Assembly: GCA_963792965.1 (NCBI GenBank)
Contig: CAWBYW010000007.1
Coordinates: 448,001 to 512,000 of the forward strand
Length of the DNA: 64,000 nt
Reading direction: 5' to 3'
Source: an uncultured delta proteobacterium
Lineage (GTDB): Bacteria; Desulfobacterota; Zymogenia; Zymogenales; Zymogenaceae
A program made the translations under genes and the position numbers. This document shows positions 61,858 to 64,000 of the stretch, piece after piece (position 1 is the stretch's first letter; each line of letters opens with the position of its first letter). The notes under the pieces are model-generated. The model saw only the letters and a program-made list of their open reading frames with translations. It did not search any database and was not told where the DNA came from.

Positions 61858-62535
61858 CTATTTACGGCCGATCGGGTCAACGGGGCCGAATCCCGACGGC
61901 AATCCTTCCTCAACAAGGATCTTATTCACGAGGGCCTGTATTTCGTACATCTTCCCTTCTCGTATCATCTTCGCCAGGGGCAGCTCCGCCGCCCGCTCCA
62001 TTACCTCCGAGAGGCGGTCGCCCACAACTCCCGAATCCCTCAAGAGGTTCCTGAGTCTGCCCATGATCGTCATGACGGATTCATATTCCGGGCCGTACCG
62101 GGCTTCCAGCTCCCGGCGGATCTTCTTAACCTCGGTGGGCGAAACCCCTCCCGAAGAGATTGCGATGACCAGTTCACCCCTCGTGACGACCGAGGGAAAG
62201 AAGAAGTCTGACAAACCGGGGTCATCCACCACGTTGACCAGGACCCCCCGTTCCCTGCACCGCCGGGCCACCGTTTCATTGAGGGTGCGGTCATCGAGCG
62301 CGGAGACGCAGATGAACTTGCCGTCAAGATGTTCGGGTACGAACTCTCCTCTTATATACGTCACGTTCCCGCCGCCAATGAGGAGGTTCAGCTCGTCGGT
62401 TACCTCGCACGACACCACCGTCACCCGAGAGCCCACACTCAGGAGCGACTCCACCTTCCGCGTCCCCACGCTCCCGCCCCCCACCACGAGGGCCTCTCTG
62501 TCGGTAAGCCTCATAAACATCGGGAAGAGAGCCAT
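61858..62535 (-). CDS. sirC: Precorrin-2 dehydrogenase / sirohydrochlorin ferrochelatase (SirC / CysG N-terminal type)
   Basis: VVGGGSVGTRK, VNVVDDP, FFFPS, ISSGGVSP. Confidence 0.88.
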   Translation of the reverse strand: MALFPMFMRLTDREALVVGGGSVGTRKVESLLSVGSRVTVVSCEVTDELNLLIGGGNVTYIRGEFVPEHLDGKFICVSALDDRTLNETVARRCRERGVLVNVVDDPGLSDFFFPSVVTRGELVIAISSGGVSPTEVKKIRRELEARYGPEYESVMTIMGRLRNLLRDSGVVGDRLSEVMERAAELPLAKMIREGKMYEIQALVNKILVEEGLPSGFGPVDPIGRK

Positions 62536-62602
62536 CAATGCTCCACGTAAAAAGCCGCCTTGATTCGGCGGCGGGTATAAGGGCAAATTAAGTATCTTTG
62601 CT

Positions 62603-62992
62603 CTATTTTGCCTTCTTCCTCATGAGGAGCTGTTCCACCAGGATCACAATATCCACGGGCTTTGTGGTCTTCGGGATATGTACCTTAGACCCGAGGACAT
62701 CATGATGGTGCTCATGGGGAGGTTCGGAGATCATCGAGCTAACGGTGACAAAGAGGACATCCTTGGAGAAATCCATCTCCTGCGCCTTCTTCATGAAACG
62801 CGTGCCGCCCATCTTAGGCATGATCTTGTCCACGATGACGACGTCAGGCCGCACCTGCTTGAATACCTCGATTCCGCGTTCGCCGTCTTCGGCCGTCGAC
62901 ACTTCAAATCCTGCGTCCGCGAACTCATTGGTCATCACTTCCCTGAAGAAGTGGTTGTCATCGACGATCAGAATCCTTTTCTTATACTCCAT
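62603..62992 (-). CDS. Single-domain response regulator
   Basis: ILIVDD, D phosphoacceptor in DKIMPKMGG. Confidence 0.85.
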   Translation of the reverse strand: MEYKKRILIVDDNHFFREVMTNEFADAGFEVSTAEDGERGIEVFKQVRPDVVIVDKIMPKMGGTRFMKKAQEMDFSKDVLFVTVSSMISEPPHEHHHDVLGSKVHIPKTTKPVDIVILVEQLLMRKKAK

Positions 62993-63108
62993 GGTCCCCC
63001 CGGTATCCCATAGCCGATAGATTAGCGCCCTGGACCCGCGGTAGCTTTATTAGTATATCGTATAATCTGTTCTCGGTCAAGGCACCATTATTCCCGTCAA
63101 GAAATAGT

Positions 63109-64000
63109 TTATGAGAAACCCGCTGAGCGTTCATCCCGAAGGGCTCTATTTGATCCCACGCCGGCCGACACCCGACTCCGACGACGCCCGTCCGGAACAG
63201 CGGGGCGGAAGGAGAGCGCCCACCCACTTTGTCTCCGCTTCCTTACCTTCACCTCCAGCGCGTCGATGATCCCGGCGCACAGAAGCGGCACCATGATCTC
63301 GTGGTGCCCGACGAGGGTTATTCCTCTCCCTGATCCCGCCGTCGGCCGGGATACCACGTTCGTCTGAGGGCGGTAGTGCCGGATGAAGTCCATGTTGACC
63401 GTCATGAAGTTCTCTATCTGTGCGCCGAGGTTCCTGGCAAGGGATATCGCCTTGAGGAAGACCTCCGGCAGGATCACCGCGGATCCGATGTTGAGGTAAA
63501 CCCCACCCGAGAGAGTGGCCACTGCCGACGCGAAGGTGAAGAAATCGGCCAGCGATCCCTTTCCGATGGCCTCACCTGACGCCTCGGGATGCATGTGGAT
63601 GATATCCGTGCCCAGCGCTACGTGCACCGTTACGGGGATGTTCGAGCCGGTATCCCGCCGCCAGGATGCTGTGTTGGCGATGGGGAAGCTCGTCGTGCTG
63701 GATCATCGCCCCCACGGCCCGTCCGATCCCCTCATCGCGCTGGGCGCCTTCCCGTATGGCTTCGTTGACGAATTGCGCGGTTTCCTCGGCCATGCCGAAC
63801 TCTCCCCCGGACAGGACTGCGTCCACGTCCTCCGAGGTATACCCCGCATAGGCCATCTCGAAATCATGGACGATTCCCGCGCCGTTGAGGGCCACAAGAC
63901 TTGACCACCCCCCGCTCCATGAGATCAATGATCAGGGGGGACAGCCCCACCTTGATCACGTGGGCTCCCATAGCGATGATCACCGGCCTTTTCTTTTTCG
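63109..64000 (-). CDS. Conserved hypothetical protein (possibly deoxyhypusine-synthase-like fold); partial, frameshifted, 3' end uncertain
   Basis: MGAHVIKVGLSP, NGAGIVHDFE, FGMAEET, TVHVALGTDIIH, GSAVILPEVFLKA, GHHEIM across frames. Confidence 0.6.

Overview
GC-rich bacterial chromosomal window. Gene content and order (cheW-cheW-romR-valS-nadC-birA-coaX, xseA-M23-xseB-ispA-dxs-tlyA, sirC-hemA-hemC-cobA/hemD-ahbC, an MglA-like GTPase) suggest an anaerobic deltaproteobacterium (Desulfobacterota-like; inference). Most of it is housekeeping or metabolic. Many genes, including essential valS, are split by single-base indels, most likely uncorrected long-read errors. The interesting part is an accessory patch at about 44.5-49.4 kb. 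It holds (i) a 136-aa protein with a twin-arginine-like leader and an 85-aa core built from Y-x-D-x then Y-x-N-x tetrapeptides (27 Tyr), a candidate RiPP precursor or secreted structural peptide with no maturase beside it; (ii) a histone-H1-like KKAAP protein behind a near-consensus promoter and a structured 5' leader; (iii) an AT-rich PARIS-like ABC-ATPase + DUF4435/TOPRIM defence pair bracketed by two 55-57 bp TATAC...GTATA palindromes resembling IS630-derived MITEs; and (iv) an AT-rich VIT1/CCC1-like gene flanked by a 28-29 bp imperfect direct repeat. Also notable are an MnmG homologue with altered signature motifs and an amino-acid ABC permease with a very large extra membrane domain. I saw no rRNA, tRNA, CRISPR array or transposase. 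All family assignments are by motif recognition; no searches were run.
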